A stretch of DNA of 64,000 nucleotides from Camelus ferus. Its lineage: Eukaryota. The translations under genes were made by a program, and so were the position numbers. The notes beneath the pieces are model-generated. The model searched no databases. It was not told the origin of the DNA and saw only the letters and a list, made by a program, of their open reading frames with translations. The stretch covers positions 60,514,001 to 60,578,000 of the forward strand of contig NC_045697.1 of the NCBI RefSeq assembly GCF_009834535.1. The letters are read 5' to 3'. Each line of letters starts with the position of its first letter. The first letter of the stretch is position 1. Shown here in pieces: positions 39,916-54,223 of this stretch.

Positions 39916-42234
39916 AAGGAATATGATTACTGCCCAATTCTGATAAGAATAAACAGAAAAACTGTTAAGTGACTTAACATTACCCCAGTTCATAAAAATA
40001 TTATTAAAGTAGATTTTTTTTTTTATTCTTCTAGAAGTTGTGAGAAACAAAACAGTTTGGGGTAAGATTTAATCATACCATGTGCAACAACACTTCCGTT
40101 CATTCACCCTTGGAACAGAAGCAGCATAGCAGAATGTGCTTCACTATCTGGAAAGGTATACAAATTTTTATTTATAAACAGGAGACAGAGGTGGGTAAAA
40201 TGTTAATTTCTGCATTGGTGTCTAATTCTGAGAGCTCCAACAGAAGAATCATTTGATTCATTGCATGCTTTTTTAATTCTGAAAAGCCAATTGAAAATTT
40301 ATTTTTATAATATTATACCAAAACTTTTTTTCACTGGGTTCATTTGAAGGACTAAAGTAACTAAAATATAACAATTTTCATCATTAAGCTTTAAACAAAC
40401 AATGAAAAAGAATGTATTTTTCTCACGTTTGTTTCATTTTGTTCCATGAATAAAATACTGTTTCAGAACATTGAGTAGAAATCTGGTGTAGGTACGTGGA
40501 ACATGAATTCTAAAAGACTAATCATGTCTCTTAGGGAATAAAAAGTGATGAGGCCAGCTGTTCTCTTTTCTAGATCTGATTCCTAATGCCAGGAATGTCT
40601 TGATTGATGATGTCACAACCCTGATTACACGAATGTTTATTTTTGAGTGAGATATAACTGCACAGGCATTTTAATGGTGGAAGGCCCTCAGAGTCTGAGA
40701 AACCCGAGAATGTATTAACCAATGCATTCAACAGTCATGTTATAAAAGGAGTGATAGTGTAGATAAATCTTTTCTCACAATATCTGACATAAAGTCAGTA
40801 ACTTTTGCTATTATTATTATTACTAATTAAAATAAGACTTAACGATCATAGTCAAGAACATTGGATATTACTTAGGAATGAACAAAATAATGGAAGAATG
40901 GGAATAGAAAAAAAATTGAGAGAATGTGAAACCAGCAGACTTAAAAAAAAGCAAAAATAAAGAATGAGAAAGTAAAGTAGGAATGGATTAAGAGACTTCG
41001 CAGTTAATTTGGAGGGGGGTGTCTGTTACGCATCTTGACATCAAATACTTCCTACAGGCCTAAGCATTCAAGTGCCTTAAATGTGCTTAGCTGTACTGCA
41101 CAGGAAAGGAGGCAAGATGGTACCATGGGAAGGAAAGCACCATTCCTTCTGTATCTAACATTGGCTACGGAGGAGGAGGATGAGCCTCAGCTGTTGGGTA
41201 CCATAAGTTCAGTAAGGAAGGTTGTTAAAGACTTTGCAGAAATGATATAAAACTCTGGGTTTGTAATTATCAAGGTGAATTATCAAATGATACCATTACA
41301 AGTTATCCTCAGCTACAGTGAAATGTATGTGTCTAAAAACAGCCATGTGACTATGAATGAAGCTCTCCAGTAATAGTTTCTCATACTTTATAGTTACATT
41401 AATAATTTGAAGGAAAGTTATATAGAGAAAAGCCAACATGAAAGTATAACATGAGTCTTTAGGAAGAGTGTCAACTATATGAACTCAAATAATTTGTATT
41501 TAGGAAAAAATATTTAGCAAAATGAAAGCATTGAATGCAGAACCATAAAAACAATGATCTGAGAAAATCAAAGTGAAAAACAAGGAGAAGATAATTCAGA
41601 AATTATCAGAAATGTTTACACACACCTGTAAGTTAAGAAGAGCCTCCTGCTTTGATAAGTTATAATTTAGGTATTCACAAAACTTAAATATGAGACCACA
41701 GGGAGGTAAATACATGTTTCACTTGCATACAAGATTTGGAAGTTATATGGCCCAAATTAGAGACTGAAGCTGGTTGAATAGAGCCACTAAATAAAACATT
41801 ACAGGCACAAAGATTACCTCTATGGACTTTGGTTGATTTGGCTTAGAAGGAGATCAAAAAGAAATTTTAAACACATTGTTGATCGACAGCTGGAGCACAA
41901 TTTTGGGTTCTTGGCTGGACACATCTAGACGTGCTGACGCAGGAAGGAACTGGGTTGTGGTTCAAATGCCAGACTCTTTCTATCCTAACCAAGTTTTAGT
42001 AGATTTTATTTAGTAAATGTTTCTTCTTTTATTGTATGCCCTAGGAAACATTTCCAGAGATACTATCTTTTTCTTTTTTTTTTTTTTTAATAATTTTTCT
42101 AGGGAAGTGATCTCTGGAGTTCTTCATGCTGATGCATGGGCAGTGAATCCTTCAACTGAGAGTCATTTCTTTGAATCAAAAATGTCATCTTCTTCAAAAA
42201 ACACACCGGATGCTTTTAATTCTTAGCTAAAAAT

Positions 42235-42902
42235 TAACTCACCCAACTTCTTGTATCCTCTTCTAGACCTTCTGTATCTATGAATTTGCCTATTCAAGAT
42301 ATCTCATATAAGAGGAATCATACAGTATCTGTCCTTTGGGGTCTGGTTTATTTAACTTAGCATATTGTTTTCAAGGTTCATTCCTGTTGCAGCATATGTC
42401 AGGAGTTCACTCCTTTTAAAGCCTTAATAGTATAACATTGTATGTATGTATCATTGTTTATCCATTCATCTCTTGATGACTTTTGGGTAATTTGAAATAG
42501 TGCCCGCTGCTTTTTCCATCTGTGTTTCTAGTTATGTGAGAAAGAGATGAGCGAGTAAGTGTTTCAGATACCCTCCAAACAGGTTGGAAGAGACATACAT
42601 GATAACTTGCAAGTAAAGGTCTGCTCTACTCTCTCCAGTTCAAAGAGGGGGACTGGGAACAAGGTTGCCACCAATTAATAAGACCATCACTGCACCAGAG
42701 ACAGTGCAAATGTTGAGTAAAAACACCACAAAACATCCTACCATTTTGAAGACAGCTTTATCTTGATTGGGCCTTTGCTTCACCGCCATGAACCTTTGAT
42801 TTTTTCCTTGTGGTCCTTCAGCTTGTGGCTGATTTTTTGATGCTTCTGTGGGAGAAAGAGAGCTCGGAGATTCTTAGTCTGCATTTTTGCTGATGTTACT
42901 CC
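42235..42902 (-). mobile_element. L1MB-like 3' fragment joined directly to an L1 5' end
   Basis: 42235-~42495 is the antisense ORF2-end/3'UTR (TGAATTTGCCTATTCAAGATATCTCATATAAGAGGAATCATACAGTAT). The ~42500-42902 segment begins, on the minus strand, GGAGTAACATCAGCAAAA, like the L1 5' end at 53381. Confidence 0.7.
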
Positions 42903-45379
42903 TCACATATTTTAAATTAAGCACTGTATCACCAATATATTTTTTTTAAAGGAAAAGAAACCTGTATATATTCAGTGTATTAACAACAAGAAGGTGGAAA
43001 AAACATGAATTTCCCCATTACCTCTTGCTAATTTTATGTCTTTTGCCCAAGGACAGAGGCTCTCGTGGGCTTAGTCATTCCTTCTCTTTCCATGTTAATG
43101 ATTCTCCTTAGACAATAGATCTTCTCTAAGAGTTCTTGCCACAAAAAGGAACTGAAAGAATAGGTTAGGATTTCAGGGTGTTAGCAAAAAAAGAATGGCT
43201 ATAGGACAATCACAGAAAGAAAACCCCATCATAGAAACCCAGATCTTTTATGTCTCCATGCCTTCCCAATCACATACTATTTCTCATTATTGCATTTCAT
43301 TCTAGGACTTGGAAATGGAGCAGGGAAGGGTGGATTGTTCAACTATTATCAGCTCAATTAGTTTACTTTTCTTTGAGATAAGTACCTAATAGTAAACTTT
43401 CTCTTCCCTGGGTGAAACATTTTAACCACTATTGTTAACTTTTATTATAGTAAGTTTTTCAGTCAAAACACATAAGTTGTAAACCCTGATTATTTGTGAA
43501 CATTAGGAACTTCTTATTTCAATTAAGCAAAGAAAAATCAAAGCATCTGGTGAGACATATTCCTCTGTTTTGGCTACTTTCTTCATTAATCCCAACCCTA
43601 AGATGAAGTAATTACATAAATGCAGCATACACATTACAAATTTAATGATAGTTTAAAGGCAAACCACAATTTAAACAAATAAAATATTAACATAGTATGT
43701 GAGCAGGATTTCTAGAAAAAAAATACCATCATGAAGGATATTATGGTTAATCATCTATCCAGATATTCAATCAGTGATATAGTCTCAAATAATGTCATCT
43801 TACAACCAAGGGAAAATTGTACCTTTAGTATGTATGTCCCCAAATCAGGCCATAATCTTTACCAATTACTTATGAAAACTATTTTCCTCATTACTCTGTG
43901 ACACTATTTCTCTTAAGATTATTTACTTCCAGTTTAAAAATAAAGAGAAAATTTAGAAAATCTACTTTCATAAATTAGCTATAAATTCATATTTTTACAT
44001 AGCATACATGTCAGAAAGTGAGTTGTGTTTTCAGAAACATCTTTGTTTTTAGTTCTTTTTAAATTGTCCATGTCAAAATATAATCAGACATTTTCATGAT
44101 GCCTTACTGAGCTCATGTTATAAGAATCTTTTTTTCTGTATGTTTATATAAAGGTGGTAGGTAGCATGCCAATTTAACTCCTTGGTTCCCCAGTTTAAAC
44201 AGAATATAGACATTATTTTAAAAGTGTCAGCTTCAAGATATTCAGACAGAAAATGTTGCCAAAATCTAATAGCCATTGTGTAATACTTAAATGAATATGA
44301 TGAGCTTTATAAGCATTTAATCTCATTTAAGACTTGTGTCTACAAACCATTTTTTTTTTTTTTGAAAACCAAAAAATTAGTCATCTGGGGATTTCATTTA
44401 AGTACTGGATATATCTGAAAGAATGAAAAAAGTTTGGTTAGACATCTTTAACTTGAAAAGTCACAGACCTGTATAAGAAATAGCTATTATAAAAGATACT
44501 TAAGAATTTTGTGGAAAATAAGTATCAGTAATTAACACTTTCTGTATATCACTTGTAACACAGCTCTACTTTTTTGTGCTTTACACTTCGGTAAATTCTT
44601 ATTGATTCTGCTTAATTCCTTTTAGTATTAGACAATGTTATAAATACAGAAATGCAGCATCCATTTGAGGCAAGCTCTAATACTTACAGCAGTGTATCTT
44701 TTCGGTAATATGTTCTATTTTTCTAATACTACATTTTGTAAGTTCAGAAAAATCAATCTATGACATTTAAAATAATTGTATTTGAACATTAAAGGGAAAT
44801 TATATTTAAATACTTACCCCAATATTAGCTGCTTTTTTCCTATGAATGATTTGAGGTTTTGGCATCCTGTCTTCAAAGAGATGGTGTTTTAACTTATAAA
44901 CAGACACTCCAGGAATGAAATACATAAACTAGAGTGTATCTATGTAGAACAGAAATATTAAAATATGAGTGAAATTTCTGTAGCAAACAGTAATTTGCAT
45001 CATAAGGGTTAAGTTGGTGGAGGTGACTACAGCTTAATACGTAGAGAAAGAAAACATTAGCTAAGTTACAAATGAAATACAAATGTTAGGGGAAATATCT
45101 AGAAGTAACAATATACTAATCTTCAAAAGGTGGAAGTAAATAAAAATAGATTGGGCGGTTAAATCTACAAAATAATAACATAGATCAAATAGTAAAAAAT
45201 GAATGAGAAAAAATAAGTTTCTCTTTCATTTCACTTTCTTAAAAATATGAAATTACTTTAAACTGAAAATTTCATGTGCTGATGAAAAGAGAGTAACCTT
45301 TGAGAAACACAGACCTGAGTCTGCAAGCAAACTCAGAAATTAATGACTTTATTAGAATTTATAAGAATTTATATTGACT

Positions 45380-47770
45380 TTTTTTAGAGCAGTCTAAGGT
45401 TAATAGTAAAATTGAGTGTAAGATACAGAGATTTCCTACAAATCCCCACCCCCATAAATGCATAACTTCTCTTATCAACATCTTCCACCAAAGTGGTGAC
45501 TTTGCAACAAATGATGAACCTACAGTGACCCATCATAATGACCCTGAGTAAATAGTTTAGAATACAGTTCATTCTTGGTGTTCTACATTCTGTGGGTTTG
45601 GACAGTGGTGTAATGATATGCATCCATCATTACAGCATCATACAAAGTATTTTCACTGCCCTAAATATCCTCTGTTCTCTGTCTATTTATCCCATCTAAC
45701 CCCCACACCCAAGGTATCTACTGACCTTTTTATTGGTCTCCATAGTCTTATCTTTCCCAGAATGTCATATAGTTAGAATCATACAATATGTAGCCCTTTC
45801 ATATTGATTTATTTTGCTTAGTAATGTGCATTTAAGATTCCTCTGTGTATTTTCATGGTTTGATAGCTCATTTCTTTTTAGCATTGAATAATATTACACT
45901 GTCTGGATGCACCACAGTTTATTTACTTAACCACCTACTGAAAGACATCTTGGTTGCTTCCAAGTTTTGACCATTATGAATAAAGCTGCTATAAACATCC
46001 ATGAGCTGGTTTTTGTGTGGAAATAAGTTTCAGCTCCTTTGGATAAACACTGAAGAGTGCAATTGATGGATCATATGATGATAATATGTTTAGTTTTATA
46101 AGAGACCACCAAATTGTCTTCCAAAGTGGCTGTAGCATTTTGAATTCCCACTGGCCATGAATGAAAGCTCCTTTTGCTCCGTATCTCAGAAGTGTTTGGT
46201 GTCAATGTTCTGGATTTTGGCTATTTTAATAGGCATGTAGAACTATCTTATTGCTGTTTTAATTTGCATTTCCCTGATGACTGATGTACGATGTGGAGTG
46301 TCTTTTTATATGCTCATTTGCCACATGTATATCCTTTTGGGTGAGATCCATTAAGGTCTTTGCCCATTTTTTAATTGGGTTGTTTTCTTATTGTTGAGTT
46401 TAAAGAGTTCTTTGTATATTTTGAATAACAGTCCTGTATCAGATGTGTCTTTACCAATATTTTCTCCCAGTCTGTGGCTTGCCTTCTTAGTCTCTTGACA
46501 TTGTCTTTTGCAGAGAAGATACTTCTAATTTTAGTGAAGTTCAACTTGTCAATTATTTCTTCATGGATTGTGATTTTGGTGCTGTATCTAAAAGTCATCC
46601 TCATACCCAAGATCATCTACCTTTCTCCTATGATATCTTCTAGAAGTTTTATGGCTTTGCATTCTACATTTAGAATCTATTTTTGGTTAATCTGATATAC
46701 TTTTGGTTGATTTTTGTGAAGAGTACAAGGCTTGTGACTAGATTCAGTTTTTTGTTTGATTGTTTTGCATGTGGATGTCTAGTTGTTCTAGTACTAATTA
46801 TTGAAAAAGACTGTATTTGCTTCATTGCATTGTTTTTGCTCCTTTGTTAAAGATTAGTTAACTGTATTTATGTAGATCTATTTTTGGACTCTCTATTCTG
46901 TTCCACTGATCAGTCTGTCTAACCTTCACTAATACCACACTATCTTAATTTACTGACGCTTTATTGTAAGTTTTGAACTAAAGTAGTATCAGTCTTCCAA
47001 TTTTCTTCTCCTTCAACACTGTTTTGGCTATTCTGGATCTTTTGCCTCCATAAAATGTTAGGATCAGTTTTTCAATATCCACAAAATAACTTTTGTGATT
47101 TTGATGAGGTTTGCATTGACTATAAAGATCAAGATGGGAAGAACTGACATCTTGACCATATTGAGTCTTTATATCTATATCCATGAACATGAAATATTTC
47201 TCCACTTGTTTTAACTTGGGGACATTCTCAGTCATTATTTTTGAAAATATTTCTTCTGTTACTTTTTCTTCTCTTCTCCTTTTGGTATTCCATTACACAC
47301 ATTGTGTAGTTGTGCCACAGTTCTTGGATATTCTGTTTTGTTTTTTTCAGTCTTTGTTTTCCTTGCTTTTCAGTTTTTGATGATTCTGTTGATATATCCT
47401 CAGTCTAAGAGATCTTTCCTCAGTTGTGTGTGTCCAGTCTACCAATAAGCCCTTCAAAGGCATTCTTCACTTCTGTTGCAGTTGTTTTTTTTTAAATCTC
47501 TAGTATTTCTCTCTGATTCTCTTTCAGGGTTTCCATCCCTCTGCTTACATTGTCCATCTGTTCTTGCATGTTGTCTTCTTTTTTCATTAGAGTCCTTAGT
47601 ATATTAATCAGTTATTTTAAATTTCCAGTCTGATAATACCAACATCTCAGCTATGTCTGATTCTGATGCTTGTTTGGTCTCTTCAAATTGTGTTTTATTT
47701 TTCCATTTTGGCTTGCCTTGTAATTTTTTCTTGATAGTCAGGCACATGTACCCAGTACAGATTCCCAGAG
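45380..47770 (-). mobile_element. L1MC-like element: 3'UTR, C-terminal ORF2, then an ORF1 fragment
   Basis: L1MC-type 3' end TTTTTAGAGCAGTCTAAGG. ORF2 motif RQATDWEKI appears in the 46371-46616 ORF. The sequence switches to ORF1-like at ~47210. Confidence 0.88.
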
Positions 47771-48099
47771 TGCTTTTTCTACAGAAAGAAAAAAGTGCAT
47801 ATACATTGAAAAAACAAGCTGTTAGATTTGGTGGTAGAATAACCACGTATTTCTCATCCAATTTCTTAAATTTTTTAGCAGAGATAAGCCAAAGATATTG
47901 ATGGTTATCAAACTGATAGCAGAGATGTGATGACCAAATATTAGGAAATGGTTGCTTTGGAAAGTGAGAAAGCATATTTGCCTGGGAATGCAATCATATA
48001 GCTGAAAGGTGTATGGTATATCTATTTGATGTTTGGTACAAATTTTTTAAATAAAACATGGCAACACAGTTGTGTGATTTTTTTTCTCCTGTGACAAAC

Positions 48100-49020
48100 A
48101 GTTTTACATGTGCAGGCTCAACATTAAATATGCTTGTTTCGAAGGATAAGCAGGATTAGGGTTTTGGCAGATAGGTGGAAAGATGATGGCATTAAGGATG
48201 TCAGTGAGAGTGAATCGATTTCTAGGACATAGAATTTAAAATAGGTAAAGAAAGAAAACAGGACATGGATGAAGTGATGAATAGGTTTAAAATGATTAAG
48301 TAATTTGAAGTTTCTAATAGGGTCAAATGACTGAAAATTGAGAATATTGGAGTCAGAAGTCAAAAGCCTTCCTAAAAAGTAAGTAGCTAAGATTGGTTGT
48401 CAAAAGATGCTGAGAATTTATAAATCCAAGAAATAAAGAGGCCAGGTTTTTGTTTGATTTCCAGCATCAACAAGAAAGATGCAAGGAATAAAAGAATAGA
48501 GAAATAGACTGAGCAAGTGAATCTTAAGCCTTCAGTAAAACAAAAAGGAAGGGGTAATTTGAAATATGATGGCTGGCAGTAATACAGTATAGATAGTGCA
48601 TGGTCTGACAATACAAACTTCAAGGATGTAGGTTGTTTTGAAGAAAAAAGGGAGGGAAAAAAAGGGAAATTACAAGCAAGCAGAACACTTAGCTCTCTTC
48701 CAAGCCAAGAAAAGCCCAGAATGCTGGGGAAAAAATTCACCACTTGAGAAAGCTTTGAGACAGACATTATTCTAAGTGGAGAGGCAGGTTTAAGTTTAGT
48801 TAAAAAAAAAAAAAAAAAAAGAAAAGAGAGAGAGAAGGAAATTTTAAAAGATAAACTTGTGGATATTGGAGTTAAGTGACAGTTTTCAGAGGGTATATTA
48901 AAAACATATGGAGAAAATAAGAAGTGGAAAACTGAGCTAGATAAGTAATACTATAAATACAGAAGTTGGAGGACAGTGGTTTAGATGAAGACGAATGAAC
49001 AAGATCTACAAACTGAATGG
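48100..49020 (-). mobile_element. Probable L2 internal fragment
   Basis: Long purine-rich, highly diverged tract resembling antisense L2 ORF2. Contains an A-run at ~48802-48820. Confidence 0.4.
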
Positions 49021-52000
49021 ACACATAGTAAGAAACTGAAACGTAATGACAGAGATACAGACATACCTTGTTTAGTCACTGAATTTTAAGTCTCACAAAT
49101 AAGTTTTCCAGGAATGTAAGTAGAAAATAATTATAAACATGAGGAAAAAAATCAGACAGCCTCAGAATTCAGCATGATAATAGTCAATCATAGAAACAAT
49201 GACACATTACCTTTGATTATTATATCCAGCCATTATGTCATTTAAGTGGAAAAGTGACACACATTTTCAGCTATGAAGCCTCCTTTGGAAAACAAACAAA
49301 ACAAACTGATTGGTAAAAGATGAATAGAAATATAAACATATGAGCAAAGAGCTTGTGGTAAAAGGACTGTTATGAGACCATGGTTTCCAAAAAGATTACT
49401 AGTACTTGGTATTAATAATATTTTGCTTAACATCAGGATAAAAAGATATAGATCACAAGTTGTGATTCGTGAATGTTAATAACCAGTATTCCATAGCATA
49501 GAAAAAATTGTAACTGTCTAAAATATTTTTAAATGCAGTTTAAAATCTCTAATTTCTTAATGTCTTAAAATTGATTTTTTTTAACCTTTGAATCATAGGA
49601 ATAATTATCTCCTGGGTGATGAAATATGCATACAAGGTATAGCAATTCCTCTCATCTCACCACAGCTTTCTTCTCTATTAAATGACAAATTAAAGCACAC
49701 TTTAGTTTAATAGTTCCATCATTTTCATTATCAGGCAGCATGTATAATATAATCTAATTAATATGCTCTTAACACATTAAAAAATGTGATACTCATCAAC
49801 CAAAGTATTCAATAATTTTTCTTCTCCTCTATCAAGATATATTGTGCTCTTCCATGTATTTTAGAGTATATAGAAGAGAAGAAACATCCATTCCTCATAT
49901 CTTAAAGATTTATGTGAAAATATTAAATACCAATATTATGTGGTTTATTATTAGGTGTGAAATATTTTGAGTATTATCAGTTCAGAAAAAAGGATATATA
50001 TTCCATCACCAAATTATACATCATGGATGCAGAACTAAGAGACTTGTAAAAATGAAGGGGAAAAAAACCCACAAAATTTCATAATTGTGCTTTATTTTGA
50101 TTTTGAGAATGGAGCTTTATTGGTTATGCATTGGTGAGGTATTGGCAAGGAATTCTTGGCCTAAAAATAAAGAGATATTTTTGGCATCTTTTTTATAACT
50201 GAAAATTAATCTAGTAGTGTACAAAAACCCAATGAAAAGAGTTTTATTCTTTCTCTCCTCTATGTCTTCCATTGTATTAACTACAACTTAAACCTAACAC
50301 TTCCTAAGAAATCAAAAGTATACCAGTAGCCATGGGATCTACATGTTTCCATTTTTTATGTCAACCAGTAAGAGAAGCTATTTCTCCCATCTCAAAAGAT
50401 CAGGAAATATTTTTCCTGCTGAAACCAACAGCAAATGTTCCTTAGGTCTCTTGCGCCTTAAACTAATTATCATGGCCAAAGAGAAGAGAAGCACAGATAC
50501 TCATGCACCAATCTATGAATTTTTCTGGGCTTGAATTACATGAATTGCTTAGTAAATGATAAGCCACTCCCCAGTGCCAAATTGAAGTTTTCTCAACAAC
50601 AGAAAAGAAGAAATGACACCAGACTGTCAAAAATAGCAGGGACCGTTGCCATAATATATGTTGGCCTGATTCACTGAAGCCCTGGATGACTGTTTTCAGT
50701 GGCACAACATATAAAAGAAATGGTTATTATACACAGCCATGCTCAATAAGACTCAATGAAACTGTTGGGTAATAATGCTTTCTGTTATGCTTCAAGAAGC
50801 TATTGGCCAGTGAAAGGAGAAAGTGGGTCAAGGAATGAGAATTACATAGATGTTCAAAAAAAATTTTTAAAGACTCATCAATTCATGTGGTTTCTTAATT
50901 TTAATTTTAAGAAAAAATTATCTGAATAATGTTTTGCATTTAGATTCATTATATAATCACATCTAAATCTATACTAATATCTATTTTTCTATTGGTATGT
51001 GAAATCTAAAGAATCAAAGGAGAAAGACTCATTGAATAGACATCACTGTGCACTATTTATGTTATAAAGTTGTACAGCAGTTGGCTATCATTGACTAGAG
51101 ATGGACACCTTGGTGAAGCTATACTAGAATCTTGAATGGAACTTTTGGAAAGTTCCATTTGGAATGAATACCCAGAAAGTTTTTATCTTACCATACTAAA
51201 TCTAAACAAAAATAAATCTTTCTGGGGAAGTGCTAATGTGACATTAAACATGACCTTTTAAGCAACTGATTGAAATGTGAGTTAAAAAAAAAAAGACAGT
51301 AAGCTAAATAATGTCATGTCAAATAGTATATCAATTTATATCAGTTTCGTTAGAAATGCAAAATTAAGCTTTTTGTTCAGTGGATTATTAGTTTAGAATA
51401 TATGTTTCCATGGTCCTAAATGTTTGAATTATAAGATTTCTTACTCAGGTTTTTTTAATGCCTCTATGATTTTGACAATAGTTACCATATCACTATGTGT
51501 TGTCTCAGGTCCCAAGCACAATGTTTAAGTGAGATTAGAATTAAGGTAATAGGCTAAAGCTTCAAAAATAATTGAAATGAATACATATGGAAGCATAAGT
51601 TGTATTTATTAATGTAAGACTACCTTAGATGAGATGAAGGATAACCTGTATCATGATTATTCAGAGGAAGTTGTTGAATACCCAGTATGCCCAGAAAGGT
51701 TAACAGCACAACATACTTAATCAGCAACTATGTGTTTACTCAGAAAAGAAGTATAATAGTTAGAAAGAAAATGTGTTGGTTATGAGTTGTAGAGGAGGAT
51801 TTGTTAAAGAAGTACTGCTGACCCAGAAAAGGTCCTGTGACCCTTCTAGGGATGTGGAATTGGCTCCCAGATCACTATACAGTGGACCATAAGTGGGAAG
51901 TGTTCCATTCCATTCTATTCCATTAGATTGATGGCTTGTGTGCTCCTGAAAGAACTGTTATGGATAAATGAAATATCAAATCTTTTAGAAAAGTTACTGT

Positions 52001-54223
52001 TTGACTCATCTGTCATTTCTTACACTTTGACTCCTTCATGTAATCATTGATTAATTGCAATTTTTTCTCTCAAATTAATGACATAATAGTAGGAAAACCA
52101 TACTGGAAAGCTCATCTAATATTTAGTGCATATTACCTTAGGTATGAGAAAAAATCCATATATATAATTTACTGTAAGTTACCAGTTAGTTATTATTCTG
52201 GAACTAATTTATAGAGTTCAACAAGAAATGAGAATTTAAAATACATTTTTGGGTTCCATATACATGAGATATATTTCTTTTTTTAAATATGGCATCCTAA
52301 TCAATCACAAAATATATTAACACTGTTTATTTAAAGGAGAGCTCCTTAAAGCATTGAACTCATATTTTTGTTTGAAGGTTACTGGCTGTGCAGTAGATTG
52401 GATGTCATAAAGAGGACTAGAAGTCTATTCTAGTATTAGAGAAATATTTCAAAAGCATAGATGTTTTTCTGTTTCAAATCCCCAATTTTTCTTTGAACAT
52501 TCTTGGTATTAAGAGGGCCATGACCATGATCTTTAGGTTAGAAAATACTTTGTTTTTTTCAAAAGATAAAGCTCGACTCTGCCATTCATAAGAAACTCCA
52601 CTCCTGATGCTACAAAGATTCTTAGTAATTGCTGTCAGTATTGTAACATCACACACTGTTTCTTCTAACTATTTTACTTTTAACATTATCCAATTTTTAT
52701 TTCTTCTGTTGTTAGCATACTTGGAGGCCTTCTGTAAGAAAGCCTTCTTTGAATAACTTCCTGTACTCAACAGAAGAAAACTAATGTACAATCAACTTTC
52801 TTTTCACCAATGAAGCATTTCAATATATTTTAGATACTTTCTTTCCCCATTAAAAAGTGTTTTCATTTTTTCTGCTGAGGTGTGTTTGTTTCTCACTTGT
52901 TCATTACACATCTCAAAAGCAAAAGAAGTCAGGTCAGGCACGAGGAGCTTATCACAACTGAATAAAGTCATAACACATCACTAAGTCAATGAGGGTGTGG
53001 CAGGTCTATGGAATACTGAGGAGGACATAATCTGCCCCAGACCGTTACAAATTCATGACTTTTGGCTTGTTTTGTCTTTTTTTAAATTTTATAGCATTCA
53101 TCTGACAAGATAATGTATGTTTTCTGGTAAAATGTTGCAAATATGGTTGCACTGTCCTCTTTTAAAGTGTTTTTTTATGAGGATGCAATTTAGACAACAA
53201 TAAATGGCAACAATCTAGGTGGTAAAAATGAATGAATATGTAAGTATACTTTGAATCACTTATAGAAGAAAAATATGCTACTATTAAAACATCTATTAAA
53301 ACTTAAATAATAATAATTTAAAATAAATGGAAAACAATTTGCAATAATTCATAAATACCATAATTTAAACATGTAAACAAGGAGTGACATGAGCAAAATA
53401 GTGGAATGGGAGTTTTCCACCATATTCCCCACAAATAACACTGATTTTGACCATCACCAATGGATGAGAGTTCCTTTGTGGAAGCTTAGGAGTCCAGGGG
53501 AGAAATTCTAGCACATCCCTGGAGCAAAGAAAAATCTGAGGTGGACACACTGGGTAAAGCAAATGGTTTCAACTTTATCTGCGTCACCCCTCCCTCAAGG
53601 CAGCACAGCTCAGTGCCAAGAAAGACCTTCTCAGCTGTCAATCTGTCCCGTAGTTGAGAGTAAGAGCCTGTGGGTAAACACCTGGTTTTCCCAGCTGCGC
53701 ATGCAGGAGGCTATCAAAGGGTCCCAATTCTTTTTCACCCCATCCAGTAAACTAATGTGTGCTGTGTAACTGGTGATAGGGAGGAGCTAAGAGAAAAGCA
53801 GCTATGGCCCTCAAAGGGCATCAAAGGGATTCAGATCCTACTGATTGTTTAACGGACTCCATCAGAGAGTCAGCCCATGAAACACTGGGTCAACTTCCTG
53901 GTGGACCACCCCCATCCCCAACTGTGGGCATGGGCAGTGCTCTGTGCATCTTTCCCCTACACACTCCCACAATATGGCTGTCTTCCTGTGCATGCTCCTA
54001 AGGGCAGTGGGTATGAGACTTTGTAGATGGCTAGTGAGCATGCACAGGAAGCCCGCCTGACTCTATAGGATTGGGACAAAGCACACAAACCCTGAGCATT
54101 CAGCACTATCCTATGAAAGCAAACAGGAGCTGTCAGTAACAGGCATGGCTTTGCAGAATTGAGAGAATCCCTCCCCTTCAAGAATACTTTACCTGGCAAA
54201 ACAGTCCCTCAGAAATAAAGGAG

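Noticed and set aside
51903..51925. (TTCCA)n satellite-like tract
   Set aside because: Only about four imperfect units, so a simple repeat.
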